Source: Candidatus Poribacteria bacterium (GTDB lineage: Bacteria; Poribacteria; WGA-4E; PCPOR2b). From it: a stretch of DNA of 64,000 bases. Numbering within the stretch: position 1 is the stretch's first letter; every line of letters begins with the position of its first letter. Position numbers and translations under genes: made by a program. Shown here one piece after another: positions 29,387-40,500 of this stretch. Below the pieces are notes generated by a model. That model saw only the letters and a program-made list of their open reading frames with translations, did not search any database and was not told the origin of the DNA. Where the stretch lies: assembly GCA_965198175.1 (NCBI GenBank), contig OZ240245.1, positions 3,008,001-3,072,000 of the forward strand, read 5' to 3'.

Positions 29387-30047
29387 GTTTGCTTCTCCAT
29401 GGTGCAATTATCAGTTTGTCGCGACCCACAGTGCAAAAATCCGTTTTCCGCCATCCGCGAATCACGCTCTTTTTAAACCGTAAAACCTAAAAGTGGCATA
29501 TATAGTATATGTATTTATTTCACCCGCTATTTTACAGTTTTCTGCATAGTTGTGTCAAGTTTTTACAAGTTTTTACAATTTTTCAGATCGTTGAGCATCC
29601 CATCCACCCAGCATCCGCGCTCATGCGCTGATTCAAATACTCTACTTAAGATTAAGATCAAATCGCCTCCCGAACCCGTTCCTCACTATGTTGCCAATCC
29701 TACCACCTCCGCCCTACCCATCCTACAAATGCTGCATCACCACGAAATTCTTGAAAAACTCTTGCAGAAAATACAAAAAATGACACTACTTTTTGTAACA
29801 AGGTTATAACGACCAAAATAAACTTCAACTTTTGAACATACTTAACCCCCGAACCCGTTCACCACTATGCGTTAACCTCTGCCGACATCGAAATGCCCCA
29901 CATATACCTACTACACATATGGAAATCATTTCGCGCCCGGAACCAGCAAAAACACCGCTTCGCTCGCTGCAATTTCCCCTTTTTTTGTAGACTGTAAAAA
30001 CTGTAATTTTTCTGCTCCAATTACTTAATTCACGCCATGAAGTTCTT

Positions 30048-30290
30048 GTAGGTTGGGTTGAGCCTCCGGCGAAACCCAACGCTTTTAAAACCTCCGGACA
30101 ACAAAAAAGCGTCGCATGGATTGGGGCGTACCGAACACCAAACCACTCCCTTGCCTTTTTTGCTTTTTATTGTTTCGATCGTTGTGCTGGTGGTATTAGC
30201 CGGTTGGCTGTCCGAACGTTTCAAATGCGTTGGGTTTCGGAAAAAACTATCGCCTTCGCTATTCGCTCAGTTGATCTCAACCCAACCTAC
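30048..30290. repeat. Inverted REP doublet (REPIN-like) with a 30-nt element at 30247..30276
   Basis: 30048..30080 and 30229..30290 are inverted; interior resembles 26377..26490 and 17535..17673. Confidence 0.8.
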
Positions 30291-30341
30291 GAAGACTACG
30301 AAAACTGCGTAGAGAACCATTGCGTGATTTGAGATACCGGG

Positions 30342-30998
30342 CTATTGAGATACGCGGCAAACGGCTCCTGAGCCGGCATCACAGTACCAGAAGCAATCAT
30401 CCCAGCGGGTCATGCCGTGCGGCTCTGGATGCGGATCGGGGATTTCAATCTTATCAACGGTCGAACCATCCTTGAGGCTCAAGCGATAGAAAGCGCGATA
30501 GTTTGTTTCAACGCACCAGAGATCATCTCCCTCCCACGCAAGACCGTGCGGACGGACTCCGGGGGCGGGGAAAGAATGCAGGACAGCGAGATTGTTTTCT
30601 GGATCTAGCTGGTAAACGGTCGCTGAAGGCGGTACTGCCATCCATAACTTGCCATCGCGCCATTCTAATCCGTGCGCCCCTGACTGCTGGGCACCTGCTG
30701 TCGGATAGGAGGCAAGGGTCTTTCCACTTGCTGGGTCGACTTTTAGAATTGCGGGACCATCGGCTTCTATGCGCGTCGGGGCAAGGGTTGAAGCGAGCCA
30801 AAGGTTCGCACCGTCCACCGTGATACCGCTGCCGTGCTCGGAATCTGTGTCGACAGCCTTCAGAGTTTCCCCTTCATAGGAGACGAGGATGGCACGATTT
30901 GAGACCTGATCCAGAAACCAGATCCCTGCCTCCGTGGCTTGCATACCATTTGGTTGGGCTCCTGGGAAGTCAAACATTTTCTCTATTTTTACTTCCAT
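30342..30998 (-). CDS. Beta-propeller protein (Vgb/glutaminyl cyclase-like)
   Basis: Repeated HGL.W.D..LW blades. Confidence 0.65.
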   Translation of the reverse strand: MEVKIEKMFDFPGAQPNGMQATEAGIWFLDQVSNRAILVSYEGETLKAVDTDSEHGSGITVDGANLWLASTLAPTRIEADGPAILKVDPASGKTLASYPTAGAQQSGAHGLEWRDGKLWMAVPPSATVYQLDPENNLAVLHSFPAPGVRPHGLAWEGDDLWCVETNYRAFYRLSLKDGSTVDKIEIPDPHPEPHGMTRWDDCFWYCDAGSGAVCRVSQ

Positions 30999-31120
30999 AA
31001 GGATTCCTCCGTCATTACGATTTTGAATATATTGCATTTTATGACGAATAGGTGTCTAGGTCAATTCAATTATTTTACAGAAACCGTGTAATGCGTGATA
31101 CGTAGTGCGTAATACGTAAT

Positions 31121-31283
31121 GTGGGGTGGGTAGAGATCAACTGAGCGATTAGATCAAGTGACCGAATAGGGAACTATCGCAGTCGCTTTTCGCTCCCTTG
31201 ATCGCTCTACCCAACCTACGAAAACTACGGAAACTCTACCCGACCTTCAAGACCCCCTCTAGCTCCCGCTTGGTAAGGGGGAG
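31121..31283. repeat. Composite repeat cluster (REP ends, 30-nt and 18-nt elements, CCCCCTT palindrome)
   Basis: Half elements 31135..31169, full element 31174..31203, REP end at 31219. Confidence 0.7.
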
Positions 31284-31446
31284 AATATTTGAAGGTCTAT
31301 CCCCGCATGGTAAAGGGGAGGAATTGGAGGGTGGTTTTTTTGCGGAAACAGCGAACAATTTATAACACACCTTGTCAAAAGGGACAGTGACACGGCTTGT
31401 GTCACATCGTACCGAAAGAATTCACTAAACTACGGAGGAAAAGAAG

Positions 31447-32112
31447 ATGTCTATTTTGTCGCAAAAACCGCAGTTGCCAAGACTCACGTTGAATCGTTCG
31501 ATTGGGCTCCTTGTCGCAATCACTTTTGTTCTCACTGGAGGCTACTTACTTGCTGCCCAGAAACATCCGGAACGAGGAAAATCCGGACACGAGAAGTGGG
31601 AACAACACAAAGCAGAGAAAATGGAGAAGGTAAAGCTCAAGGTTGAGGAACTTCTCGAACGGAAAACGAAACGAATCATTGGGCGATTGAACCTTTCGGA
31701 CGAGGAAGCGGAGGGTTTTGCGCCGAAGGTGAGAGCTGTGTTGCAGCATCGGATGGAGCAGCGAAAAGCGTTAGGACCGATGATGAAATCCCTCAAAAAA
31801 ACTCTGGTCGCGGGTGAGGACGCGGAGGTTCAGTCTGCACTTGAAGAACTCAAAGCGAAGCAGTCTGCGCTAGAGACGGAATTAGAGGCGCTGGAGACAT
31901 CGCTTCTCGAAGGTTTGACTGCACGACAGGAAGCACTATTGACGCTGTCCGGCGTTGTCGGAAAGCGCGGTAATTACGAGATGTTTAAGAGCTGGCGCGG
32001 ACACGCTAAGAAGAAATTTCAGGATCGCGGTCATCGACGCGACAGGCGGCATCGTCGTCATGGAGATGACAAGTCGAAACACGATCGCGAAAAATCAGAC
32101 CACCATCATTAG
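31447..32112 (+). CDS. Periplasmic helical Spy/CpxP-like protein with His/Arg-rich tail
   Basis: N-terminal hydrophobic segment, LNLSDEE and LT.RQEA.L helical pattern, C-terminal HHH. Confidence 0.55.
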   Translation: MSILSQKPQLPRLTLNRSIGLLVAITFVLTGGYLLAAQKHPERGKSGHEKWEQHKAEKMEKVKLKVEELLERKTKRIIGRLNLSDEEAEGFAPKVRAVLQHRMEQRKALGPMMKSLKKTLVAGEDAEVQSALEELKAKQSALETELEALETSLLEGLTARQEALLTLSGVVGKRGNYEMFKSWRGHAKKKFQDRGHRRDRRHRRHGDDKSKHDREKSDHHH

Positions 32113-32126
32113 GTTGGGAATGGAAT

Positions 32127-32188
32127 GGCGGAGTTCAACCCGGATGGAGAGTAGGGATTCGTCCATTGGGGTTGGCTCCGCCTTTTTT
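32127..32188 (+). terminator. Long hairpin plus T6 between two genes
   Basis: GGCGGAGTTCAACCC...GGGTTGGCTCCGCC followed by TTTTTT. Confidence 0.65.
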
Positions 32189-32205
32189 GTTAGGAGGCGG
32201 AATCT

Positions 32206-32724
32206 GTGATGAGGTGTCAAATTTGGTTCAAAGCTACAATACTGACTATTTCTGCGATATTGATGTCGGCGTGCGCCAGTACGAAACTGCTAGACTTAGA
32301 GAAGACCTCGGATACGTTAAGCCTGTCGGCACATCAGCGTACGGTCGCAAGATTGAAAATCGAGAAGATTAAGGAACTGGTTGAGGACTATGAGTTAGAA
32401 AAACAGACATTTCAGTCGGAGTTAAAAGAGCGTCGAAGCCGAATGCGCGGCGGCGGCTTTGGCAGGGGTACGGATGGCGGGAATCGCGGAAACCTTCGGT
32501 CGAAGTTGCGAGCATTCAATGAGCAGCGTGCAGCGTTTCAGGAGCAGATCGACACGCTGGTTGCGGAGTTGCAGGAGATTCTTGATGAGAAGCAGCGCGA
32601 GAAGTTTGGCGGCATTGAGTTGCCACAGCTGAAATCGCCTGATTTTGGTGGTAAGGGCGGGTTTGGCGGCGGGCGTAGACGTCGAGGTGGGGGCGGCGTC
32701 GCATTTGGTGGATTTGGCGGGTGA
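32206..32724 (+). CDS. Helical Spy/CpxP-like lipoprotein with Gly/Arg-rich segments
   Basis: Lipobox MSAC; IL.E.Q..KF motif. Confidence 0.6.
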   Translation: MMRCQIWFKATILTISAILMSACASTKLLDLEKTSDTLSLSAHQRTVARLKIEKIKELVEDYELEKQTFQSELKERRSRMRGGGFGRGTDGGNRGNLRSKLRAFNEQRAAFQEQIDTLVAELQEILDEKQREKFGGIELPQLKSPDFGGKGGFGGGRRRRGGGGVAFGGFGG

Positions 32725-32805
32725 GTACACTGCCCTTACCGCTCATGGCTGATTCAGTATCAGTCCTATAGGCACCGATTCATGCAGAACACGAGTACGG
32801 CAGAA

Positions 32806-34485
32806 TTAGACGCCGCCGTGTTCACGCAGTAACGCCGCAACCTTGGCGTGCCCCCGGCGTTCCGCCCATGCAAGCGGCATCGCCCAGTCTGCGCCGGCGG
32901 TATTTGAGTCTGCTCCATTGTCCAGTAGCAATTTGACTAGTCTCAGGTCTCCTTCGCGCGCTGCGATGCCTAGGGGGGTTGACCGATCTTCTTCATCAAT
33001 CGCATTCACCTCGGCACCGTGTTGTATGAACATCTGTATCAGCCCTGCGGGGTCTTCTACGTGCCGTAACCCAGCGCACAGATCGTGCAACGGGGTGCGC
33101 CGCTGCCAGTCATGCAAGTTGGGATTGAGCCCGCTCTCCAGCAACTGGCGAGTCATGTGGGGTACGTGGTACAGATAACCTTTGCATGCGGTGAGCACCA
33201 CCGGCATCGGAAACCGCCGCTTCAGGAATATCCTGAGCATCGCTTCGTGCGCATCGGTGGATTTTCGCTTGTCGAGGCAGCGTCCGCATCCGCTAACGAT
33301 TGCGGTGTAGGGTGTAGTCAAGAACTCGCTGTCTTCATTTGAGAAGGGATCATCGCAGTATCGCAGGATTGCAGCAAGGGTTTCAAGGTCGCCGCGCTGT
33401 GCAATGCCCCAAGCTGCCTCTGGTCGCCCACCGTATTCGTAGAGGAGCCCTCGCATGGCATCGGAGGAAGCACGTGTTGCAGGCGTGCCGGACGAGTCAA
33501 CCTCACCGTTCGGATCGGCGCCGGCATCTAACAGCCAGCGGGTTATTTCGACATCATCGTTAACGGACGCTGTTATCAACGCGGATCCATGCGGACAGAG
33601 CCGGCTTTCCGGGAGCGAAGGGTCACCGCCGTAATCGAGCAGGTATCGGACGATCTCGCGGTGACTTCGCTCGACTGCGGCGGATAATGGGCGCTTCTGC
33701 AGCGTCTCACCGTCATTCACTGCGGCTGGATTCGCACCGACGAAAGCTCGTAAAGCATTCAAATCTCCGCGTGCCGCGGCGAGCGTTGGACTGTCGGCGG
33801 CGCCTGCGTCGAGCAGGACTTTGAGGAGAGCGACACCGCCTTCCCCGAATGACCAGTATTGGTTTCTCCAGCAGGCGTAGTGAACGGGGCGAAAGCCGTA
33901 GTGATTGACGGGGTCAATCCCTACGCCGGCGGCGAGCAGCGACCGAACAGCGCGTAGGTTGTCCGCGATGACCGCAAAGTGGAGGGCGGTTCTCCCTTTT
34001 GAGTCGCGATGGTCGGCGATTCCTGGGTTCTCCCTTAACAGTCGTGTTATTACTCCGTAGTCTCGTGTCTGAACGGCGTCGTGTAGACGCAAATCTGCGT
34101 TGGCGGATTCGTTATCAGTGGAATTGCGCAAAAATTCTGCGATATCCACGTATCCACGGTCGTCCGCCATGGTGATGAGATCGCTCACGTCCTCGTACGC
34201 GTAGGCATTCCATAGCAACTGAGCCGCCTCGAGATTTCCTTCGCGTACCCCGAAGTGGATGGGCGGCGTATACCAGAACTCGAGACGCGCGCAGTCCGGA
34301 TTTCTCTTTAGATGCTCAGTGATTGACTCCACATCGTTGCGAATTGCTGCGCAGATTAGATTCCAGTACAGCCTACCATCATCAGAATCAACACACCACT
34401 TCGGGCGGTGTATCGCGTCGATTTTTTCCTGCGGGGTGCGATCGTCACCGTCAGACTTCCTACTAGCTATCTCAGGACACATCAT
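32806..34485 (-). CDS. Ankyrin repeat protein
   Basis: Multiple TPLH/TALH..A...LL..GAD.N repeats. Confidence 0.9.
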   Translation of the reverse strand: MMCPEIASRKSDGDDRTPQEKIDAIHRPKWCVDSDDGRLYWNLICAAIRNDVESITEHLKRNPDCARLEFWYTPPIHFGVREGNLEAAQLLWNAYAYEDVSDLITMADDRGYVDIAEFLRNSTDNESANADLRLHDAVQTRDYGVITRLLRENPGIADHRDSKGRTALHFAVIADNLRAVRSLLAAGVGIDPVNHYGFRPVHYACWRNQYWSFGEGGVALLKVLLDAGAADSPTLAAARGDLNALRAFVGANPAAVNDGETLQKRPLSAAVERSHREIVRYLLDYGGDPSLPESRLCPHGSALITASVNDDVEITRWLLDAGADPNGEVDSSGTPATRASSDAMRGLLYEYGGRPEAAWGIAQRGDLETLAAILRYCDDPFSNEDSEFLTTPYTAIVSGCGRCLDKRKSTDAHEAMLRIFLKRRFPMPVVLTACKGYLYHVPHMTRQLLESGLNPNLHDWQRRTPLHDLCAGLRHVEDPAGLIQMFIQHGAEVNAIDEEDRSTPLGIAAREGDLRLVKLLLDNGADSNTAGADWAMPLAWAERRGHAKVAALLREHGGV

Positions 34486-34955
34486 GAATTCTCCCTTGAC
34501 TTAAAATTGTATCGTGCCGATGTCGTTCACGCGGCTTCGGTGCCTACAGATGTGCGATGCTTTATTCTATCATAGGTACGGAATATTTGGATATGATTAC
34601 CCGATTTTTTTCCGTTGAGCGGCTGTTTGCGTAGAAAAGGATTGGCATTTTGTCGTTCAACGCAACCTACACAACTTTTTGCTTGATTTGAGAGAATTGT
34701 GCATCTATAATGTGTAAGTTGTGAATTGCGTTTCATTTTAAGAAGGCGCTGGTTTGCGTTGATTGGGGTTGGCTATTAATCGTTCAGCTCAATCTGCACA
34801 ATACGGGAATTTTTTCTTGCAACCCCTTCAAAAGTGCATCCGAACTTGTGTATAGGTTGAGGGATTGTTGTTTGTGATTTAGGCTTTACGGTATGCGGTT
34901 CGTGATGCTTTGACGCTGCCCCAATTTGCCACTCACAATTTAGGAGGAAAACGAG

Positions 34956-35246
34956 ATGCCGGGCATTTGGGGATTATTGGACCCAAGTTATTTTGAGGCA
35001 TTCGCTTTCTGTCTTACTCTACTCGTTGCTGTTGTGCACGTAAGCTTTGCGGTGGCAGTATTTCTGGACGCAAGAAGATTGCCACGCAAACCGATTCTCG
35101 TTTTGCCCATTGTTTGGGCTCTTGCGACACTTCTTGGCGGAGTGTTTGTCGCGGCTGTTTACTGGGTCATGCACCATTCTCGTCTGAATTCATTGGTCTC
35201 GGTAACGGCGCCAGAAGATTGGGACGATTCGCAAGATTTGGATTAG
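34956..35246 (+). CDS. Small two-TM membrane protein
   Basis: AGGAGG RBS; two hydrophobic segments. Confidence 0.7.
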   Translation: MPGIWGLLDPSYFEAFAFCLTLLVAVVHVSFAVAVFLDARRLPRKPILVLPIVWALATLLGGVFVAAVYWVMHHSRLNSLVSVTAPEDWDDSQDLD

Positions 35247-35542
35247 CGTGGTTGACCACGGACATCACAATCGAAATCGCAAGAGAAATTTGCGTCGTGT
35301 TAATTTGTCGGTTCACAGTATATAGAAGCATACATTTTGTATAGCTCTTCATTAAAAGGAAAGGAGGAAGGAAATGACAACCTTAAAACGGTCGGTAATT
35401 CACCCTGACCTATCTTGTCTAAAGCTACGGTGCCTCGTCCTCCGCAATTATCGCTAAGAATTTTCATCTCTGAGTTGGTATTGAAAACGGCATAGGCACC
35501 TACACACCTGTGGGTAACTTGTGGCTAAAGGAGTAGTGATCT

Positions 35543-35914
35543 ATGCCTAAATTCAACCCGGACTTTTGGGAAGTTCCGGTTCCACCAGAGTATTTTGAGC
35601 AGTTCAGCACGGAAGATTTTTTTCGGTATCAACCAGCGGTCGATTCGCATACAGTCGAATATCGTGCCAAGCAACAGCAGGTCTTGCAGCAGATACGCCA
35701 GATTGTAGCAAACGAATTGTCATCCCGGCAGGCGCGTTGCGTGCAACTCTACTTCTATGAGGGGAAGACGCAGGAAGAAATTGGGAGCCTCCTTGGGATT
35801 GGGCGGCGAGTTGTGAGTCAACACTTGTTCGGAGTGACACGGAACGGGAAGCAGGTTGGCGGGGCAATTAATAAGATTCGACGGGTATGCCGGAAAATGG
35901 GGATTCAATTATGA
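35543..35914 (+). CDS. Sigma-70 region-4-like HTH protein
   Basis: LS.RQ...V.LYFYEGKTQEEIG..LGI....VSQHL. Confidence 0.75.
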   Translation: MPKFNPDFWEVPVPPEYFEQFSTEDFFRYQPAVDSHTVEYRAKQQQVLQQIRQIVANELSSRQARCVQLYFYEGKTQEEIGSLLGIGRRVVSQHLFGVTRNGKQVGGAINKIRRVCRKMGIQL

Positions 35915-36029
35915 ACCCCCTCTCGCTCCCCCTTGGCAAGGGATCAACCGAGCGAATAGCGAGGGCGATAGTCTATAGTCTTCCAAAAACTATCGCTGTC
36001 GCATGGAAAGAGAACCGGGATAAATCGGG

Positions 36030-37414
36030 TCACTCGTTCAATAACGCCAGCACTTTCGCCTCAAGGGAACCTACGATGAGAAACAGCGTTCTGATTTTGC
36101 CAGGCTTGTCGACAAAGCAGATTGTTGGAAGAGGTTCCTTTACGGCGTAGTCCTTGAACGACGCACCGAATATATCCTGCTCATCCTTTGTCTTTGTCGC
36201 GATACCAATCTGGTATCGGATTTTCTCCTTGTCAACAGCCGCTTGGATATCGGCGTGATGTTTTAGATTTTCAGACCCATGCACCCCAATTACAATAACC
36301 CCTTTGTTGCTATATTGGTCGTGGATACGATTAAGTGCAGGGAACCAAACTGCGCAAGATTCGCGGCAGGACCACAACGCCGACCAGAAATTCAGGACAA
36401 CAACCTTCCCGCGCAAGGAATTCAATGCAATCGGTTCGGTTTTTTGCCAACTGTCGATCTTCAGCTCGGGTGCGGCACTGCCCTCCAGCGGATGCGGAAA
36501 GGTATGGCTATCAAAACTAATGGTGTTTCCTGACTCATCGCGAATCATTGGTTTGTCCGGCGATAAAACTACACGCAGGTCCTCTCGATTCGCCTCGAAT
36601 TCCTCCTGATTCGAGATAGCACCTTCTCTGAACGCGTAAACACGAATGCGGCTGTGTCCGCGATATTCTCTAGACGAAAGTTCCCCTCTGAGTCAGAGAT
36701 GGCGTTTACCGCTGTGTTAGGTCCTTGAGCGACAATGCGTGTTGCGCCGATAGGCTTGCCCTGCCAGTCGACAACCTGTCCGGCAATGAAGTGTTCTGCT
36801 TTAGGCAAAACAAGCACTGGAACTTTGTGATCGCCTTCTTGCAAAGTAAACCATTCGGATGAGGCTCTTCCATATCCGGCTGCGGTGGCATGAATCTGAT
36901 ATGCTCCACCGACTTCCAACCACGTTGTTCCAAATGTGAATGTCGGACCGACGGTGAAATTTCCACCTGAGTCAGTTTCTGCAATCGGTGAATCGGGCGC
37001 GGTAGTGGCTGTGCCTCCGAACCCCTCCTCCCAACTCAATCCGATATCGGCATGGGCAATTGGACTGTCGCGCTCGTCGATTACTTGACTGACGATGACA
37101 GCCTTAGGTCGGGGAGCAAGTGTAATTGCGACAACTTCAACCTGTTGCCTCGACCAAGTCGCTCTGCCGTAGAGATTCTTATGCTCGCCAATGATGACTA
37201 AATTTTCAGATTCTTCACGTGCTGGTATGCCCTTCAACGTAAAGTGTCCGCGCTCATCTGTCGCCGTGTTATTCGGTAATTCGATTAGACCCTTGATTGG
37301 AATGATATATGCCCGGACAGATGCGCCATCAAAATCTCCGATGTGTTGGATTGGCGTGTAACCGCCAAGTGTACGTTTATTAAGACGCGGATTCTGGACG
37401 GATGTTCCCGTCAA
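36030..37414 (-). pseudogene. Carboxypeptidase-regulatory-like repeats + TlpA-type redoxin, split by a frameshift near 36650
   Basis: TD..G.F repeats in 36569..37414; the redoxin frame is open upstream (IRVYAFREGAISNQEEFEANREDLRVVLSPDKPMIRD) and overlaps the end of the upstream ORF. Confidence 0.65.
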
Positions 37415-37552
37415 GACAGAATCTTTTTTGCGTAAAGAACACGCATTGGTCTGGATATTGGAAAGAAGGGGTAGGATACAACCGAGTAATGGGCTAGAAG
37501 AAGCAGGGTAGAATGAGCATGACCCAGACCGTAAAGACTAACTATGGCGGCG

Positions 37553-40500
37553 TTAAAAGGTACGCTGCAACTGGACTCCGGTCCGAGAATCACGACGCAG
37601 GCGGTCGAATGTATCAAGGTTGGACGATTGAATCTCTTGATTTTTGTGATTGAGGTGCTGGCGATAGTCTGTCGCTGCTCGTGGGCTGGGTGTGGTTTCT
37701 GATTCGGACGACTGGGGTCCAAGCCACACATCGCTGCGATGGAAGGCATAGCGGTTCATTCCGTCGCGGGCGATGACCGTTGTCTTGCCGTGTAGACCAT
37801 CGGCGATGAAGATCCCGCGGAGATCGGTTTCGCCGGAGATGAGATGTTCATTCTCGGAAGAAGCGACTTTAACATGTACCTTGGACTGGTAATTCCCCGA
37901 AACTGTGTCCCGTACGATGACACGCACGCGACCACTCTCTTCGCCCTCCTGTACCTCAATCTTCAACGGCGTAATCAAGACTAATCCGCTAGTGAACAGA
38001 TTGCCGCCTCGGCAGGTGACGAGGTACGCTCCCTCGTCCGTGATGGGCAGAGGGAATCCGCCGGATACCTCTCTGAAACCATCCTCGTCGCCAAATTCAA
38101 CGGTTTGGCTGAAGTCGGGCTCGATACCTGCGAGGTGCACATTGGCGATGCGACCGAGGTCTTTTTCGCGCAGGAAGAGATTCATTAGATTGATTCGGTA
38201 GACTTCAATCACCGCCGAGCTAATGTTCCGAAGTTTGAAGTCCAACACTACATCTGCATTCGGTTCCGGGCGTTTGACTGTGACTTGGGGGAAGGCAATC
38301 TGCTGTGCTTCAAAGTGGGCGATGGATTCATCTGCGTCAGGGTAGATTTTCCTGACTTTGCTGTACCATTCAATCGCTTTCTGCGGTTTGTCCTGTGCGT
38401 GATAGATTTGCCCGATGATGTAACGCGCAAAGTCTCGGTCTTCGCTTTCGCCGGATGCGACGCGTGCCGCCGCTGCGACTGCGTTATCGTAGTCATTCAG
38501 CGCGAATAGTCCGAGCGCCTCCACATACTGGAAACTGCTCAGGAGATTACTATCGGAGTGATTCGCCTGAATCATTTGACATAACTGCACTACACTCCGG
38601 AAATCTTCGACATCTAGTAGAGCGTTCGCCAGAGAAAATGCGGCATCGTCGGCAAGCGGGTTTGTCGGGTACAGGGTCAAGAATTCAGAGAGCATCCGCA
38701 CTGTCCGATTTAGGTTTTCCGATTTGGAGATTGTCTCTGATTTTGCATCGTTGACACGCTTGACCTCCCTGTCTACACTCGCATAGAGCGACTGTGCAAT
38801 TGCAAAGTAGGCGGGGATGGTCGTTGCGGTGTCGGGATATTCTCGCCACAAACCTTCTATGTGGTACAACGAACGCAGAAACTCGCCTTCGTCCTGAATT
38901 GTCGCGCTGACACCCACGTCGTTGGCGAAGCTGGATTCGATTGTGGAACGATGAACCGACATTGCACGCTCAAACTCTCCAATGTCGCGATATGCTGAAC
39001 TGACCATTTGAATCTTGTCAAATGGAATGTAGAGCTCGGGATAACGGTCGCGAGTGCGTTCAAACGCGTCGACGACGTTCTTTGCTCCGTAGTCGTCTTC
39101 TGTGGTGTATATCCACAACAGCATCTGAGCGGTCTCTTTCGCGTTGTAATGCGGGCTGTCAGTGGGGAGCGCTTCAAGCATGGGCCGTGCTTCATCATAT
39201 TGACCGTCATCGAAATAGGCTTTTCCTAGTGCGTAGTATTCCGCGCTGTTCATTTCGTAGGAGGTGCTAGATTTCTCGCCCGGCGCTAATACGCTCAGCG
39301 AAGCCACTGGTCCGAGCCGCATATCACCCGGGTGTTCAGGGTCCCGGATGACGGTAGGTAGGACGCGGAATTCGCCGGGCGCGTAGCTAACTAGCTGATA
39401 GCTGTAGCCGGTGAGTGGCGCCCCGCGCCGCGTGTAGAAACGGATTACGCCGTCTCCGAGCTCGTAGCGCTGGAACTCGCCCACAACACTTCCGTCGACG
39501 ACAATCGTTCCTGCTGGAAAGAACTCATCGACAACAAGATATCGATCATATTCCCCGATGTCAGGCGTACCGGCGCTCTGTTCATGAACAATATCTACAG
39601 CGACCTGCACCTTAGCCCCGGCTTCCAAGCGGGTAATCTCTGTCGTACTCTGCGCCGCTATCGGTTTGCCCTGATATTGGAGCGGCGGATGAATGTAACG
39701 GCGGGTAATTTCTACGTTTTTCAAGCTCTCGTCAGTTTTCGAATCGGTGCTGACCCAGCTCGGAATGACAGGGGCAAACCCGTTGATAGTGACGAGGTAA
39801 GTATAGGTCCCACGTCCGTTGATTCGCATTTCGACGCGGTTCCGTCCGTCGAGAATCTGAACGGTTGGTACATGAATTAGACGGTTAGCGGAATCCGCCT
39901 GAACGGCAGTTGTTTCGAGCGGCTCACCGTTCACGAGAAGGCTTAGTCTGTAGTCATCTGCGGCGTATTGCGTCGTCTGAAAGTAGGTTGCTAGTGCGGC
40001 GACGACGGCACCTTTCGCGGCGTAAGGCGAATAACCGTAGTAACGGCGCTGGCCAATTAGGTATTCGACAGCATCTTTAACCCACGTCGAATTTGGTCGG
40101 GCTGCTTGCATTCCTAACAGCGCCAATGCAACCGTCTCGACTGGACCTCGGGCTGCGATCGACGAAGAATTTTTCGCGTTTCCCTGTTGCTCGGGCAACA
40201 AGCTGCGACGTTCCAATATGTCAAGCAACTCGCCTGCAATCACCAGTCTATTTAGATTGACGAAGACCAGTGCGGCGTGCACCAACGCGGTGTCGGACAG
40301 TTGATTCCGGCGTCGATAAAGGCGGTTTGCGTCATCGAAATCCACGGTGCCGATCGTTGAGATGGCATGAAGAATCACCGCTCGTGTATCGTTGTCGCTC
40401 TGATTGATCTGGACTAGAGCCTCCTTGAGGTAGTTTTCAGCGTTTGCGAACACTTGGTCGTCAACGGCGGCGCCACCGTCACGCGCCGTTGCCAGCGCCC

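Noticed and set aside
14047..34670. REP and 30-nt repeats as a CRISPR array
   Set aside because: Copies are dispersed, in both orientations, without regular spacer lengths, and no cas genes were seen
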